From a virus (Duplodnaviria > Caudoviricetes), in IMG/VR virus record IMGVR_UViG_3300017909_004140, positions 1 to 64,000 of that record: DNA of 64,000 nt, one strand, 5' to 3'. Positions 55,885 through 64,000 of this stretch are shown here, in pieces (positions within the stretch are counted from its first letter, which is position 1; every line of letters begins with the position of its first letter). The position numbers and the translations under genes are program-made. The notes under the pieces were generated by a model. It was given only the letters and a program-made list of their open reading frames with translations, searched no databases and was not told the origin of the DNA.

Positions 55885-56737
55885 AGGACCAGAATGCACT
55901 ATTGTAGCAAAACAACTTCATTCTTTTTCGGCTAATAAAAAATTAGAGAAAATTGAAATATTAACAGGCAGGTACACTAGAAAATTGCCTGATGGATATG
56001 AAGAGTTTTGTAAGAGATTACCAGAAACAGTTGCAGGAGTTTCTAATAAAGGCAAGTTTATTTATCTTATGACTGATGAAGGCTCTACTATTTTTATCAC
56101 TTTAGGTATGTCAGGTACTTTTAAGGTTCAAGATAATAAATACGCCCGTGTAAAGTTCTCTTTTGATGATAAATCAGAACTTTTCTATTCAGATATGAGA
56201 AATTTTGGAACATTAAAGTTTTTCACACCGGATAACGCAGAGGTTGCTCTAAAGAAAAAACTTTCTGAAATTGGCCCAGACATGCTAAATGATCCATGCC
56301 AATCCTCAGAATGGTTAAAAATTTGTCATAGACGGAAAACAAATTCTATGGTAAAATTCTTAATGAATCAAAAAAATATTTCAGGTGTAGGAAATATTTA
56401 TAAAAGCGAAGCACTGTTTTTAGCAGGTATTGATCCTAGAAAAACTATTGGTGCTTGTACTGATGATGAACTGCTAAAACTTTATAATGCAGTTAAGAAA
56501 GTACTCAAGACAAGTTTTGAGTCTGGGGGAGCAACTATTAGAAATTATAGTGACTTACATAACAATCATGGAAATTACATTCGATTTCCTTCTAACCCTA
56601 AAGAAATGTTGGAAGCCAGAAAAGAAGGTAAAGTAATGATTTATGGTAGAAAACAGGACATATATGGGAATGATGTAGTTAGACTACGATTAGATGATGA
56701 TAGAACTACATTTTTTTCTCCTAAAGTACAAAAATGA
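55877..56737 (+). CDS. Fpg/Nei DNA glycosylase/AP lyase (zincless finger)
   Basis: MPEGPE catalytic N-terminus, NKGK, LGMSG, DMRNFG, H2TH GVGNIYKSE; no C-terminal Cys. Confidence 0.9.
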   Translation: MPEGPECTIVAKQLHSFSANKKLEKIEILTGRYTRKLPDGYEEFCKRLPETVAGVSNKGKFIYLMTDEGSTIFITLGMSGTFKVQDNKYARVKFSFDDKSELFYSDMRNFGTLKFFTPDNAEVALKKKLSEIGPDMLNDPCQSSEWLKICHRRKTNSMVKFLMNQKNISGVGNIYKSEALFLAGIDPRKTIGACTDDELLKLYNAVKKVLKTSFESGGATIRNYSDLHNNHGNYIRFPSNPKEMLEARKEGKVMIYGRKQDIYGNDVVRLRLDDDRTTFFSPKVQK

Positions 56738-57171
56738 ACTATAAAACCCTAAAAAATAAAATTGCAGAAATACTTTTGGATACTCCTGCTGACTTGTATG
56801 ATGATGAGAAAGGTATGCTATTTCAAACAGATACCTGGGAACTAGTGCAAGATAGAGAGAATCTAGAAGAAATAGATATCGAAGACGAAGACGAGGAGTT
56901 AGATTTAAAAGCAGTAGGCTCTGCTAATTTAATTGTAGCAAACACTCTTTTTAAAAAAGCTTTAAGTCAAAATGTAAGTATACTTGAAGAGCTAAAAAGA
57001 GTTTCGTCTAATAATATTATCTATGAAGCTAAAGAATCAGCAGACGAGCTATTCGAGCTAATTATGACTGATTTAGAAAATGAACGAGTAATTAGAAAAA
57101 AACCAGAAATTGTCAGACAAGGATTTAAAGTAGTAGGGGGAACTGATGTCGGAGTCAATAGTCCAGCTTGA
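56734..57171 (+). CDS. Acidic hypothetical protein
   Basis: 145-aa ORF with ATGA overlap. Confidence 0.7.
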   Translation: MNYKTLKNKIAEILLDTPADLYDDEKGMLFQTDTWELVQDRENLEEIDIEDEDEELDLKAVGSANLIVANTLFKKALSQNVSILEELKRVSSNNIIYEAKESADELFELIMTDLENERVIRKKPEIVRQGFKVVGGTDVGVNSPA

Positions 57172-57394
57172 TAAAGCTGAAGTAAGAAAAGCTATTAATA
57201 ACATTGTTGATGTAATGTATGAGATTGAATCAGCTAGAGAAACCATTAACGAAACTGTTAAGGAGCTTAAAGCTGAATATGGATTGAACCCTTCAGTGGT
57301 TAGAGCAGCAGCGTCAGCAATTCATAAAAGAAATAAAGAAGAGCTTGAAGAGAAAAATCAAGCAGTTCTTGAACTGGTTAGTCTATTTGATTAA
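57146..57394 (+). CDS. GapR/T4 DsbA-like dsDNA-binding protein
   Basis: INNIV....EIE...E.I......K.EYG....VVR......K pattern. Confidence 0.65.
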   Translation: MSESIVQLDKAEVRKAINNIVDVMYEIESARETINETVKELKAEYGLNPSVVRAAASAIHKRNKEELEEKNQAVLELVSLFD

Positions 57395-57403
57395 CTATAT
57401 CTT

Positions 57404-57516
57404 GGCATAACCCATGCCTAAAAAGTGGTAGCGTCGGGGAGAGACCCGAGGTATTGCTTTCCTCAAGCAAATATATAAATAAATAGGCCTGTGACATCTT
57501 GTCGCAGAGCCTATTT
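57404..57516 (+). other. Structured intergenic element (four consecutive hairpins), candidate sRNA or 5' leader
   Basis: GGCAT-N5-ATGCC; TCGGG-N6-CCCGA; TTGCTT-TCCTC-AAGCAA; AAATAGGC-CTGTGACA/TGTCGCAG-A-GCCTATTT. Confidence 0.5.
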
Positions 57517-57561
57517 GCGCGTGTGCGTGTTTAACTAAATAATAATTTTTGCGAGGTAAAA

Positions 57562-57723
57562 ATGCTTAATAAACTAAAAGAACTTATGTCACTTAGTACA
57601 TACACATACAAAGATGACCTTAAAACTTGGGCACAATTAGAATATGGAAAAGACTGGAGATTTGCCTACAATTTTTTGGTAGATAATAACGGAAAACCGC
57701 CTAGAAAAGGAGAACACTACTAA
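57562..57723 (+). CDS. Small protein (53 aa; not in ORF track)
   Basis: GAGG SD; DLKTWAQLEYGKDWRFAYNFL. Confidence 0.7.
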   Translation: MLNKLKELMSLSTYTYKDDLKTWAQLEYGKDWRFAYNFLVDNNGKPPRKGEHY

Positions 57724-57724
57724 C

Positions 57725-57877
57725 ATGAACAACCTACTACAAACACTGAAAAACATTTTTAAACCTAGAAACCATTTACATATGTTAATGATAGAAAAAT
57801 ACTTAGCAGAATCAACAGATTTAGTTGATTTAGAGCAAAGACAACAACAACTTGCAAGGAAAGGAATTTGGCTATGA
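57725..57877 (+). CDS. DUF3563-like small protein (50 aa; not in ORF track)
   Basis: AGGAG SD; YLAESTDLVDLEQRQQQL motif. Confidence 0.7.
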   Translation: MNNLLQTLKNIFKPRNHLHMLMIEKYLAESTDLVDLEQRQQQLARKGIWL

Positions 57878-58074
57878 CTACACTAGTATGGAATACTACA
57901 TGTGCTTTTTGTGAAGCTGTTGCACACTATTTAAACCTTTTTATTAAAAAAAGTAACAGCTTTTTCATTTCCGTAGGGTATGCTCGCGCAGCTTCACATT
58001 TAGCTGCTCAAGGATATCATAAAGAAGCTAAAGAACTTATGATGTATAAAAAAGAGGAGATCTCAAAACTATGA
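57874..58074 (+). CDS. Small hypothetical protein
   Basis: ATGA overlaps at both ends; GYARAASHLAAQGYHKEAK. Confidence 0.7.
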   Translation: MTTLVWNTTCAFCEAVAHYLNLFIKKSNSFFISVGYARAASHLAAQGYHKEAKELMMYKKEEISKL

Positions 58075-58499
58075 AAACACTTACCTTTTATTTAGCAGCT
58101 TTCAGTTTAGTATTTGCAGTTAGCTCTGCTAACGCAATGACAATTGAAATGCTTAATAAAGACGATGCTGGAAACAAGATGGTTTACAGCAAAGAATTGA
58201 CAAGAGTAGACGTAGGTGAAACAATCACCTGGATTCCAACTTCAAAAGGTCACAATGTCGAAATGATTGCGGGACCGGATGGAGCTGAACTTCCTAAAAA
58301 GTCTAAGAATGGTAAAGAAGTTTCTATGACTTTTGAAGTGCCAGGCATCTATTACTATTGGTGTACACCACACAAAGGCATGGGCATGATTGGCCTTGTC
58401 GTAGTGGGAGATGATACTTCAAATAAAAATGCAATCGCTAAGGCAAAAGCTTTAGGTAAGTCAAAGAAAAAACTTAAAACACTTTTAGGAGAACTATAA
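58071..58499 (+). CDS. Pseudoazurin-like type-1 blue copper protein
   Basis: Signal peptide; IEMLNK, GHNVE, YWCTPHKGMGM (His/Cys/His/Met copper ligands). Confidence 0.9.
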   Translation: MKTLTFYLAAFSLVFAVSSANAMTIEMLNKDDAGNKMVYSKELTRVDVGETITWIPTSKGHNVEMIAGPDGAELPKKSKNGKEVSMTFEVPGIYYYWCTPHKGMGMIGLVVVGDDTSNKNAIAKAKALGKSKKKLKTLLGEL

Positions 58500-58536
58500 T
58501 GTGGCCGTATACTGAAGAAGAAAATGAACAACTATC

Positions 58537-58564
58537 GGGGCGCCTATAAAGGCGCCCTTTCTTT
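58537..58564 (+). terminator. Intrinsic terminator
   Basis: GGGCGCC-TATAAA-GGCGCCC followed by TTTCTTT. Confidence 0.75.
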
Positions 58565-58574
58565 AATAAAATCC

Positions 58575-58603
58575 TTGCTAAAAAAACAAAATTACGGTAT
58601 ACT
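58575..58603 (+). promoter_or_regulatory. sigma70-type promoter, probably leaderless
   Basis: TTGCTA-N17-TATACT, with the ATG at 58610 six nt after the -10 box. Confidence 0.65.
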
Positions 58604-58609
58604 AACAGT

Positions 58610-59287
58610 ATGATAAATTTACATAAATACGACTACAAAACAACTATTAAAGCTGAGACGCTTACTACTGGAAGAACCTACTTTACTCCTGATGGAGACT
58701 ACGCAAGTATAACCACTCTTTTAGGCAAAACTGCTGATAAAGCATGGTTACAGGCTTGGATAGATAAAGTAGGTGAAGAAGAAGCTAGACGCGTATCAAA
58801 AGAAGCCACTGATAGAGGTACAATTGTACATGAAATAGCCGAACACTATTTTAACGGAGAAGATGTCACAGAAGAACTAGCAAAGCAAGAGCTTGTTACA
58901 GCTCAAATGACTCGTAATCTAATTCGTGCTGTGTCTACAGGGATAGAAGAAATTTGGGGTCAAGAAGCTGTATTATGGAGTAAAAAACTAAAATACGCAG
59001 GAAGATCAGATATGATTGGAATTTGGAAAGGCAAACCATCAATCGTTGATTTTAAAACTTCTCGCCGTAAGAAATATGTGAAACAGATTAAAGACTATTT
59101 TTTACAAGGAACTGCCTATGCTTTTGCCCATAATGAAATGTATGGGACTAACATTCGTAATTTAGCCATTGTTATTACTGTAGAAAATGGAGAACCACAA
59201 ATATTTGAATCAAATGCGGTTCATCATTTCCCTGACTTGAAAAATCGTATCCTTCAATTTCATAAAATGCAAAAAAATAAAAGTTGA
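58610..59287 (+). CDS. PD-(D/E)xK exonuclease (Cas4/MGME1-like phage exonuclease)
   Basis: ASITTLL, DRGTIVH, YAGRSD, IVDFKTS, YFLQ..AY. Confidence 0.85.
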   Translation: MINLHKYDYKTTIKAETLTTGRTYFTPDGDYASITTLLGKTADKAWLQAWIDKVGEEEARRVSKEATDRGTIVHEIAEHYFNGEDVTEELAKQELVTAQMTRNLIRAVSTGIEEIWGQEAVLWSKKLKYAGRSDMIGIWKGKPSIVDFKTSRRKKYVKQIKDYFLQGTAYAFAHNEMYGTNIRNLAIVITVENGEPQIFESNAVHHFPDLKNRILQFHKMQKNKS

Positions 59288-59493
59288 CAAAGATGTGGAA
59301 AAAAGGTAAAAATTATATAGACAGAAAATTAGAAACTTATTTTATGAGTCGTCCAAATTTGACAGAGGCAGATGAGCGATTGATTCGTAGCTTAATCAAA
59401 GATCAGATGCGTTATGGCAAACTAACTACTAATAAATGGAATCTAGTTAAAAAACTATACGATCAGTATCAAGAAAAAGGAAGATATGGCTAG
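59284..59493 (+). CDS. Small hypothetical protein (start uncertain)
   Basis: The track start TTG coincides with a TTGACA-N17-TAAAAT promoter, so the true start may be ATG 59344. Confidence 0.5.
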   Translation: MTKMWKKGKNYIDRKLETYFMSRPNLTEADERLIRSLIKDQMRYGKLTTNKWNLVKKLYDQYQEKGRYG

Positions 59494-59836
59494 TGTACTT
59501 GAGCACCTACAAACTAAAAAGCTAACTTCGCTTGTAACTTTAACTGACACCGCAAAAGAGTATTTAACCACTGTAACCGATTTTGAAGATAAAAAATATG
59601 TTCATCTAACAGTTAACGGTGGAGGTTGTTCTGGTTTTCAGTATAAGTGGACTATGGTAGATGAGGTCGTAGAAGGAACCTTAATTGACAACATTTTAGT
59701 CTTAGATCAAATGGCTGAGATGTTTGTTTTAGGATGTACAATTGATTATGTAAAGGAATTAGGAGGATCATACCTCAAAGTGATCAATCCTAACGCTACA
59801 GCATCATGTGGTTGTGGTGAAAGTTTTGCAGTGTGA
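59486..59836 (+). CDS. A-type Fe-S cluster carrier (IscA/HesB family)
   Basis: GGGCSGFQY and NPNATASCGCGESF. Confidence 0.92.
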   Translation: MASVLEHLQTKKLTSLVTLTDTAKEYLTTVTDFEDKKYVHLTVNGGGCSGFQYKWTMVDEVVEGTLIDNILVLDQMAEMFVLGCTIDYVKELGGSYLKVINPNATASCGCGESFAV

Positions 59837-60888
59837 CTACACAAAAATTATCAACAAAAACAATAGATGTTTCTTCTCTTACTTCAGACGATGATGGTAA
59901 AAGAGTAACTGTTGACACTAATAATGCATTAGCGTTAATCGCAAGTGATAGTCCTTTTTTTGACCTCCCTAAATTTACCTATACAGGGAGTGTTGCAGGC
60001 TATACAGCAGGAGGTCGTGCTCCTCCTACTATGTACAATACAGTAGACAAATACCCTTTCAGTTCAGATACTAATGCTACTGACGTAGGAGATCTAACAA
60101 TTGCGCGTAACTACTACGCTGGGCAATCTTCTACTACACATGGATATGAAACTGGGGGACTAACTTCTGGCAGCCAAGAGACGCAAAAATTTCCTTTTTC
60201 TTCTGATGAAAACGCTACTGGAAATCTTTTTGATCTATCTATAAAACGATATGGAGGAGCAGGCTGTTCTTCTAGCACTCATGGATATCATGCAGGAGGC
60301 TACACTGTTCCAGGGCAACCAGTACCCGTAACCCAACAAAACATCATTGATAAGTTTCCTTTCTCTTCAGATGAGAATGCAACAGATGTAGGAGATTTAA
60401 CAGTAGCTAGAGGAGAGGCAGGTGCTGGTTTTTCTTTTGCCGAAACTGCGTATGCTGCCGGAGGAAGCCCTGCTACTGATGTGATAAATCGTTGGTCAAC
60501 TGTATCAGATGGAAATGCTACAGACGTCGGAGAACTATTGGTCGCAGTCAATGGGGGTTCTGGATCTAGTAGTGGAACTCACGGGTATCACTGTGGAGGA
60601 GATGATGGTTCTATTTCGCGTGATGAAATTTCAAAATTTTCGTTTACTTCAAACTCTCCTGCTACAGACATAGCAGAGCTAAGTAGAAGCGCAAGTTTTA
60701 TAGGAGGAGGAACCTCATCTACTACAAACGGTTATAGTGTCGGAGGACGACCTAGACCAAGTGTTGGAACTGATATTATAGATAAGTTTCCTTTTTCAAG
60801 CGATTCTCCTGCATCAGACATAGGAAATCTTACTGTAGCAAGGATAGAAGTAGCATCTAACCAATCAGGAATAACTCCAATAGCATAA
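59833..60888 (+). CDS. Repeat beta-propeller protein (paralog 3)
   Basis: IDKFPFSSD.NATDVGDLT repeats. Confidence 0.75.
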   Translation: MTTQKLSTKTIDVSSLTSDDDGKRVTVDTNNALALIASDSPFFDLPKFTYTGSVAGYTAGGRAPPTMYNTVDKYPFSSDTNATDVGDLTIARNYYAGQSSTTHGYETGGLTSGSQETQKFPFSSDENATGNLFDLSIKRYGGAGCSSSTHGYHAGGYTVPGQPVPVTQQNIIDKFPFSSDENATDVGDLTVARGEAGAGFSFAETAYAAGGSPATDVINRWSTVSDGNATDVGELLVAVNGGSGSSSGTHGYHCGGDDGSISRDEISKFSFTSNSPATDIAELSRSASFIGGGTSSTTNGYSVGGRPRPSVGTDIIDKFPFSSDSPASDIGNLTVARIEVASNQSGITPIA

Positions 60889-60899
60889 AAGGTACTTAC

Positions 60900-62066
60900 A
60901 TGGCAGAACAAAAAATTCCAATTCATAATATTTCAGCTCCTGCAAGCGCAGTAGACGGCGATAAAATGGCCGTTGATCACTGGGCAGGAGGAGCCATTAG
61001 AATGGCTACTGATACTTTTGATACCCAGCCTTTACCTGCTATGCAAGGACAATCTATAAGTTATCAAACTTTTGGTGGATCAAATCCTCCTGTTTATCCA
61101 ACACAAAACGCGCAAATTACCAAATTTCCATTTGCTACTCATTCTCCTACGGCTGTAGGGCAAGAACCTACATGGGACTATACAAATCAAAGATGGAGAC
61201 AAGCACATACAACTGTGAGCGGTAGAGAGTATCTTTATAATATCGGAGCGGCTAGACCCATAAGCGCTCCTTACAATTCTAAAGCTGAATTTACTTCTTA
61301 TCTTCAGTTCTCTAATGACTCAATGGGTACAGGCTCTAGATGGCCTGGTCACGCAGCAAGATATAGTGCAGGAAGTTCTTCTACAACAAAAGGTTACATA
61401 TACGGAGGAGACTACTACGAGACTGGTCCTTATACAACTGCGTTTCCTCAAAGTGGAACATATGATAAAGTTTCTTCATTTCCTTTTGCTGATGCTACTA
61501 TCCCTAACACTGATGTAACTGAATTAGGAGCTAGCCTAACTTACTTGCATGGAACAGGCAATGACGATACAGCTTTTCTGTTTAACGGAACTACTGGTAA
61601 TCTATTTAGTCCTGGTATTCCGTCAGGATTACCTACAACTGTTCGTACAATGCCTTACGCTTCTGAAACTATATCTACTTCTCCCCAATCGATAGAGTAT
61701 GGATATGCTTTTGGTGCTACTTCTAGTTCTCCAACACATGGATATAGGCAAGGAGGGCAGCTAGGTTCTCCTTCACCTTCTCTAGCCGGACCTGGCAGAA
61801 CTCAGATAGTAAAATTTGCTTTTACCAATGACACATTCGGAGCATTTGCTGCCAATTTAGGAACAGCTGTAAAACAAAATGCAGGAACTAGTTCTGGAAC
61901 AGATGGATATTCTACAGGAGGCCATACAGGTCCTGCTTTTGCTAACTCTGTTGATCACATTCAAAAATTTCCCTTTGCTGCTGATGCTGACTCAACAGAT
62001 GTTGGAGAAATATCTACTTGGGGTAATACAGGAAACAGATACCTACATTCAGCAGGACAAGTTTAA
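60900..62066 (+). CDS. Repeat beta-propeller protein (paralog 4, divergent)
   Basis: KFPFA...TDVGE repeats with longer loops. Confidence 0.72.
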   Translation: MAEQKIPIHNISAPASAVDGDKMAVDHWAGGAIRMATDTFDTQPLPAMQGQSISYQTFGGSNPPVYPTQNAQITKFPFATHSPTAVGQEPTWDYTNQRWRQAHTTVSGREYLYNIGAARPISAPYNSKAEFTSYLQFSNDSMGTGSRWPGHAARYSAGSSSTTKGYIYGGDYYETGPYTTAFPQSGTYDKVSSFPFADATIPNTDVTELGASLTYLHGTGNDDTAFLFNGTTGNLFSPGIPSGLPTTVRTMPYASETISTSPQSIEYGYAFGATSSSPTHGYRQGGQLGSPSPSLAGPGRTQIVKFAFTNDTFGAFAANLGTAVKQNAGTSSGTDGYSTGGHTGPAFANSVDHIQKFPFAADADSTDVGEISTWGNTGNRYLHSAGQV

Positions 62067-62080
62067 CATAGGAGAATACT

Positions 62081-62425
62081 ATGGCAAAATATGAAAGACT
62101 GCCTTCAGGAAAAATTAAATATGCAGGACGCACTTTCGACGGCTTTAACAAGCCGCGTCGTAGTGACCGGGAAGGTAAAAAAGGAATGGTTCTTGCAAAA
62201 GATGGTGACAACATCAAATTAATTCATTTTGGAGATGCCAATATGGGACATAACTACTCTCCTGAGGCTAGACGCTCTTTTAAGGCTCGTCACGCAAAAA
62301 ATATTGCAAAAGGCAAGATGAGTGCAGCATACTGGGCAGATAAAGTATACTGGGCAGGACCTAGCGGCTCTAAAAAGTCTCCTCCAAAATCTCAAAAATA
62401 CACTAGAGGATTGAACAGAAAGTAA
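62081..62425 (+). CDS. Small basic protein
   Basis: FDGFNKP, KLIHFGD.NM, RRSFKARH, SAAYWA motif familiar from marine viruses. Confidence 0.8.
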   Translation: MAKYERLPSGKIKYAGRTFDGFNKPRRSDREGKKGMVLAKDGDNIKLIHFGDANMGHNYSPEARRSFKARHAKNIAKGKMSAAYWADKVYWAGPSGSKKSPPKSQKYTRGLNRK

Positions 62426-62426
62426 G

Positions 62427-63431
62427 ATGGGAACTAAAAAGGTAGACATAGCAAACATTGATCTTACAGGAGTGAGCGTAGGAGCCAACGCTACCTATGT
62501 GGCTGCTAATGCACGCTTTGAATGGGTAAGTGGAACTTATTCAGCGGGCGGAGGAAGTAGTACTCCAAACGCGCAAGGAACCTCTTTTGGTTATCAAGCA
62601 AGCGGTATATCACAGATAAACGTTGTAGCTACTACTACAGATAAATACTCTTATACTTCAGATGCTAATGCTACAAATCCAGGAACTACCATAAGAAGTA
62701 CTGCGTCTTATCAAGCAGCCGGAGCCTCTTCTTCAACTGATGGATATATACACGGTGGACGAGTTCTACCTTCATCAGCAGGAACTACTACTATTGAAAA
62801 ATTTGATTTTGCCTCAGAATCAAATGGGGGAGATGGTGGGGAATTAAGTGTTGCCAGAACCTTACATGCAGGGGTTAGTGGTCCTACACATGCCTATTCT
62901 GCAGGAGCAGTGCCTGTTGTTAACAGTATTGAAAAATTTCCTTTTTCGTCTGATCAAGTAGGCACTGATGTTGGAGATTTAATATCCACTATGGGGTATA
63001 CTGCAGCGGGGCACTCTTCAACGTCTCACGGTTACATATCAGGAGGGGGTTTTCCAAATCGCGATAGTATAGAGAAGTTTCCTTTTAGTTCAGATACTAA
63101 CGCAACTGATGTAGGAGAGTTAGTATATTCTGCTTATTACGTGTCAGGTACTAATAGTTCTACTCACGGATATACATTAGGAGGAGTTACTCCTACTATT
63201 ATTGATCATATGCAAAAATTTCCTTTTAGTTCAGATTCTTCAGCAACGAACATAGGAGAATTAGCATCAACTTTTCCATTAGGTGGAGGATCAACTTCTT
63301 CTACTACAAATGGGTATGTTCATAAGAGGGCTACACTATTAAAACATTCGTTTTCTTCAGATAGCCCTGCTGCTTCAATTGGAACCACTCCTCTTGATTT
63401 AAATCAGGTTAGTAGCGGAATACAGGTATAA
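62427..63431 (+). CDS. Repeat beta-propeller protein (paralog 5)
   Basis: IEKFPFSSD..ATDVGEL repeats. Confidence 0.75.
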   Translation: MGTKKVDIANIDLTGVSVGANATYVAANARFEWVSGTYSAGGGSSTPNAQGTSFGYQASGISQINVVATTTDKYSYTSDANATNPGTTIRSTASYQAAGASSSTDGYIHGGRVLPSSAGTTTIEKFDFASESNGGDGGELSVARTLHAGVSGPTHAYSAGAVPVVNSIEKFPFSSDQVGTDVGDLISTMGYTAAGHSSTSHGYISGGGFPNRDSIEKFPFSSDTNATDVGELVYSAYYVSGTNSSTHGYTLGGVTPTIIDHMQKFPFSSDSSATNIGELASTFPLGGGSTSSTTNGYVHKRATLLKHSFSSDSPAASIGTTPLDLNQVSSGIQV

Positions 63432-63433
63432 GA

Positions 63434-63604
63434 ATGATAGCCTATAAAAGCAATAACAAAAAAACTTGTAACTCTTGTGGACACGACTGCCACTGTAAAT
63501 GGGATGCTTGCGATTGCGGCTGTGATGTTTGTGACTGTGGAACAGTTTATGACGATTTACCAAGCGATGTAGAACCAAAAGCCGAAGAAAGGATGTTAGC
63601 ATGA
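63434..63604 (+). CDS. Metallothionein-like Cys-rich peptide (56 aa; not in ORF track)
   Basis: MIAYKSNNKKTCNSCGHDCHCKWDACDCGCDVCDCGTVYDDLPSDVEPKAEERMLA; fills the gap, ATGA overlap with 63601. Confidence 0.65.
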   Translation: MIAYKSNNKKTCNSCGHDCHCKWDACDCGCDVCDCGTVYDDLPSDVEPKAEERMLA

Positions 63605-63816
63605 CTGATAAACAACTAAGGTATATCAAAGTACGCATTGACCAGCTAAAAGACGATCAAGCAAAAGCACATGATGCATATGATAAACAGTGGTATAATA
63701 GATGTATTCAAGAACTAGACTGGGTTTTACAAATGGATTCTAAACCTACTCATAATTGTTATATGTCGGGGGAAATTACTTCGGATGCAGCAGGATTTAA
63801 ACTAAGCAACTTTTGA
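63601..63816 (+). CDS. Hypothetical protein
   Basis: 71-aa ORF. Confidence 0.7.
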   Translation: MTDKQLRYIKVRIDQLKDDQAKAHDAYDKQWYNRCIQELDWVLQMDSKPTHNCYMSGEITSDAAGFKLSNF

Positions 63817-63831
63817 TTATAAGGAGTATTT

Positions 63832-64000
63832 ATGAACATTGATAAATTAAGAGAGGAATTAGCTTATGACGAAGGTGTCGTACATAAAGTTTATTTGGAC
63901 CATCTCGGTCTGCCTACTTTTGGTATTGGTCATCTTATTCGCGAGTCGGACCCAGAGTATGGAGCCGAGGTTGGAACGCCCATTAGTGACGATAGAGTCG
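63832..64000 (+). CDS. T4-type (GH24) lysozyme/endolysin, truncated by the window end
   Basis: AGGAG SD; DEGVVHKVYLDHLGLPTFGIGHL (E-x8-D-x5-T catalytic pattern). Confidence 0.85.
   Translation, partial: MNIDKLREELAYDEGVVHKVYLDHLGLPTFGIGHLIRESDPEYGAEVGTPISDDRV

Noticed and set aside
58610-59287. CRISPR-associated Cas4
   Set aside because: It lacks the Fe-S cysteines and has no cas or array context; it is a stand-alone phage exonuclease
9770-63431. Diversity-generating retroelement acting on the propeller genes
   Set aside because: No reverse transcriptase and no near-identical TR/VR pair with adenine-specific differences is visible in this window
63399-63638. Minus-strand His-rich 79-aa ORF
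   Set aside because: It is the antisense shadow of the plus-strand Cys-rich ORF, which fits the operon better

Overview
This is a 64-kb, AT-rich, gene-dense segment of a large dsDNA phage with a T5-like (Demerecviridae-type) replication backbone. It most likely infects a marine alphaproteobacterium, judging from the circularly permuted two-piece tmRNA with an ANDNFA...LAA tag, the alpha-type bS21, pseudoazurin and pstS. There are three blocks. (1) 1-12100 (+): tail-fibre-like gene, a three-gene exported module, a dense cluster of small Lys/Arg-rich proteins and two beta-propeller repeat proteins. (2) 12102-53450 (-): a bS21/tmRNA operon, a ~14.8-kb glycan-synthesis operon, then the T5-like core (PC4, D3, NAD ligase, D5, helicase, primase, PolA, D10-D15, dUTPase) with inserted pstS, uvsE, a glycosyltransferase, a 2OG-Fe(II) oxygenase and nrdAB/grx. 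(3) 53645-64000 (+): guaC, Fpg/Nei, GapR/DsbA-like protein, a small-protein/pseudoazurin operon, exonuclease, IscA, three more propeller paralogs, a metallothionein-like peptide and a truncated lysozyme. The most striking observation is a 68-codon ORF that almost exactly fills the intervening segment of the permuted tmRNA gene. Other notable signals are promoter/Shine-Dalgarno-sequestering hairpins, leaderless promoters, a canonical Pho box at pstS, an in-frame TAA at an iron-ligand codon of nrdB and a deletion remnant of a BMP-family transporter gene. All product calls come from motif recognition by eye; no database searches were run.
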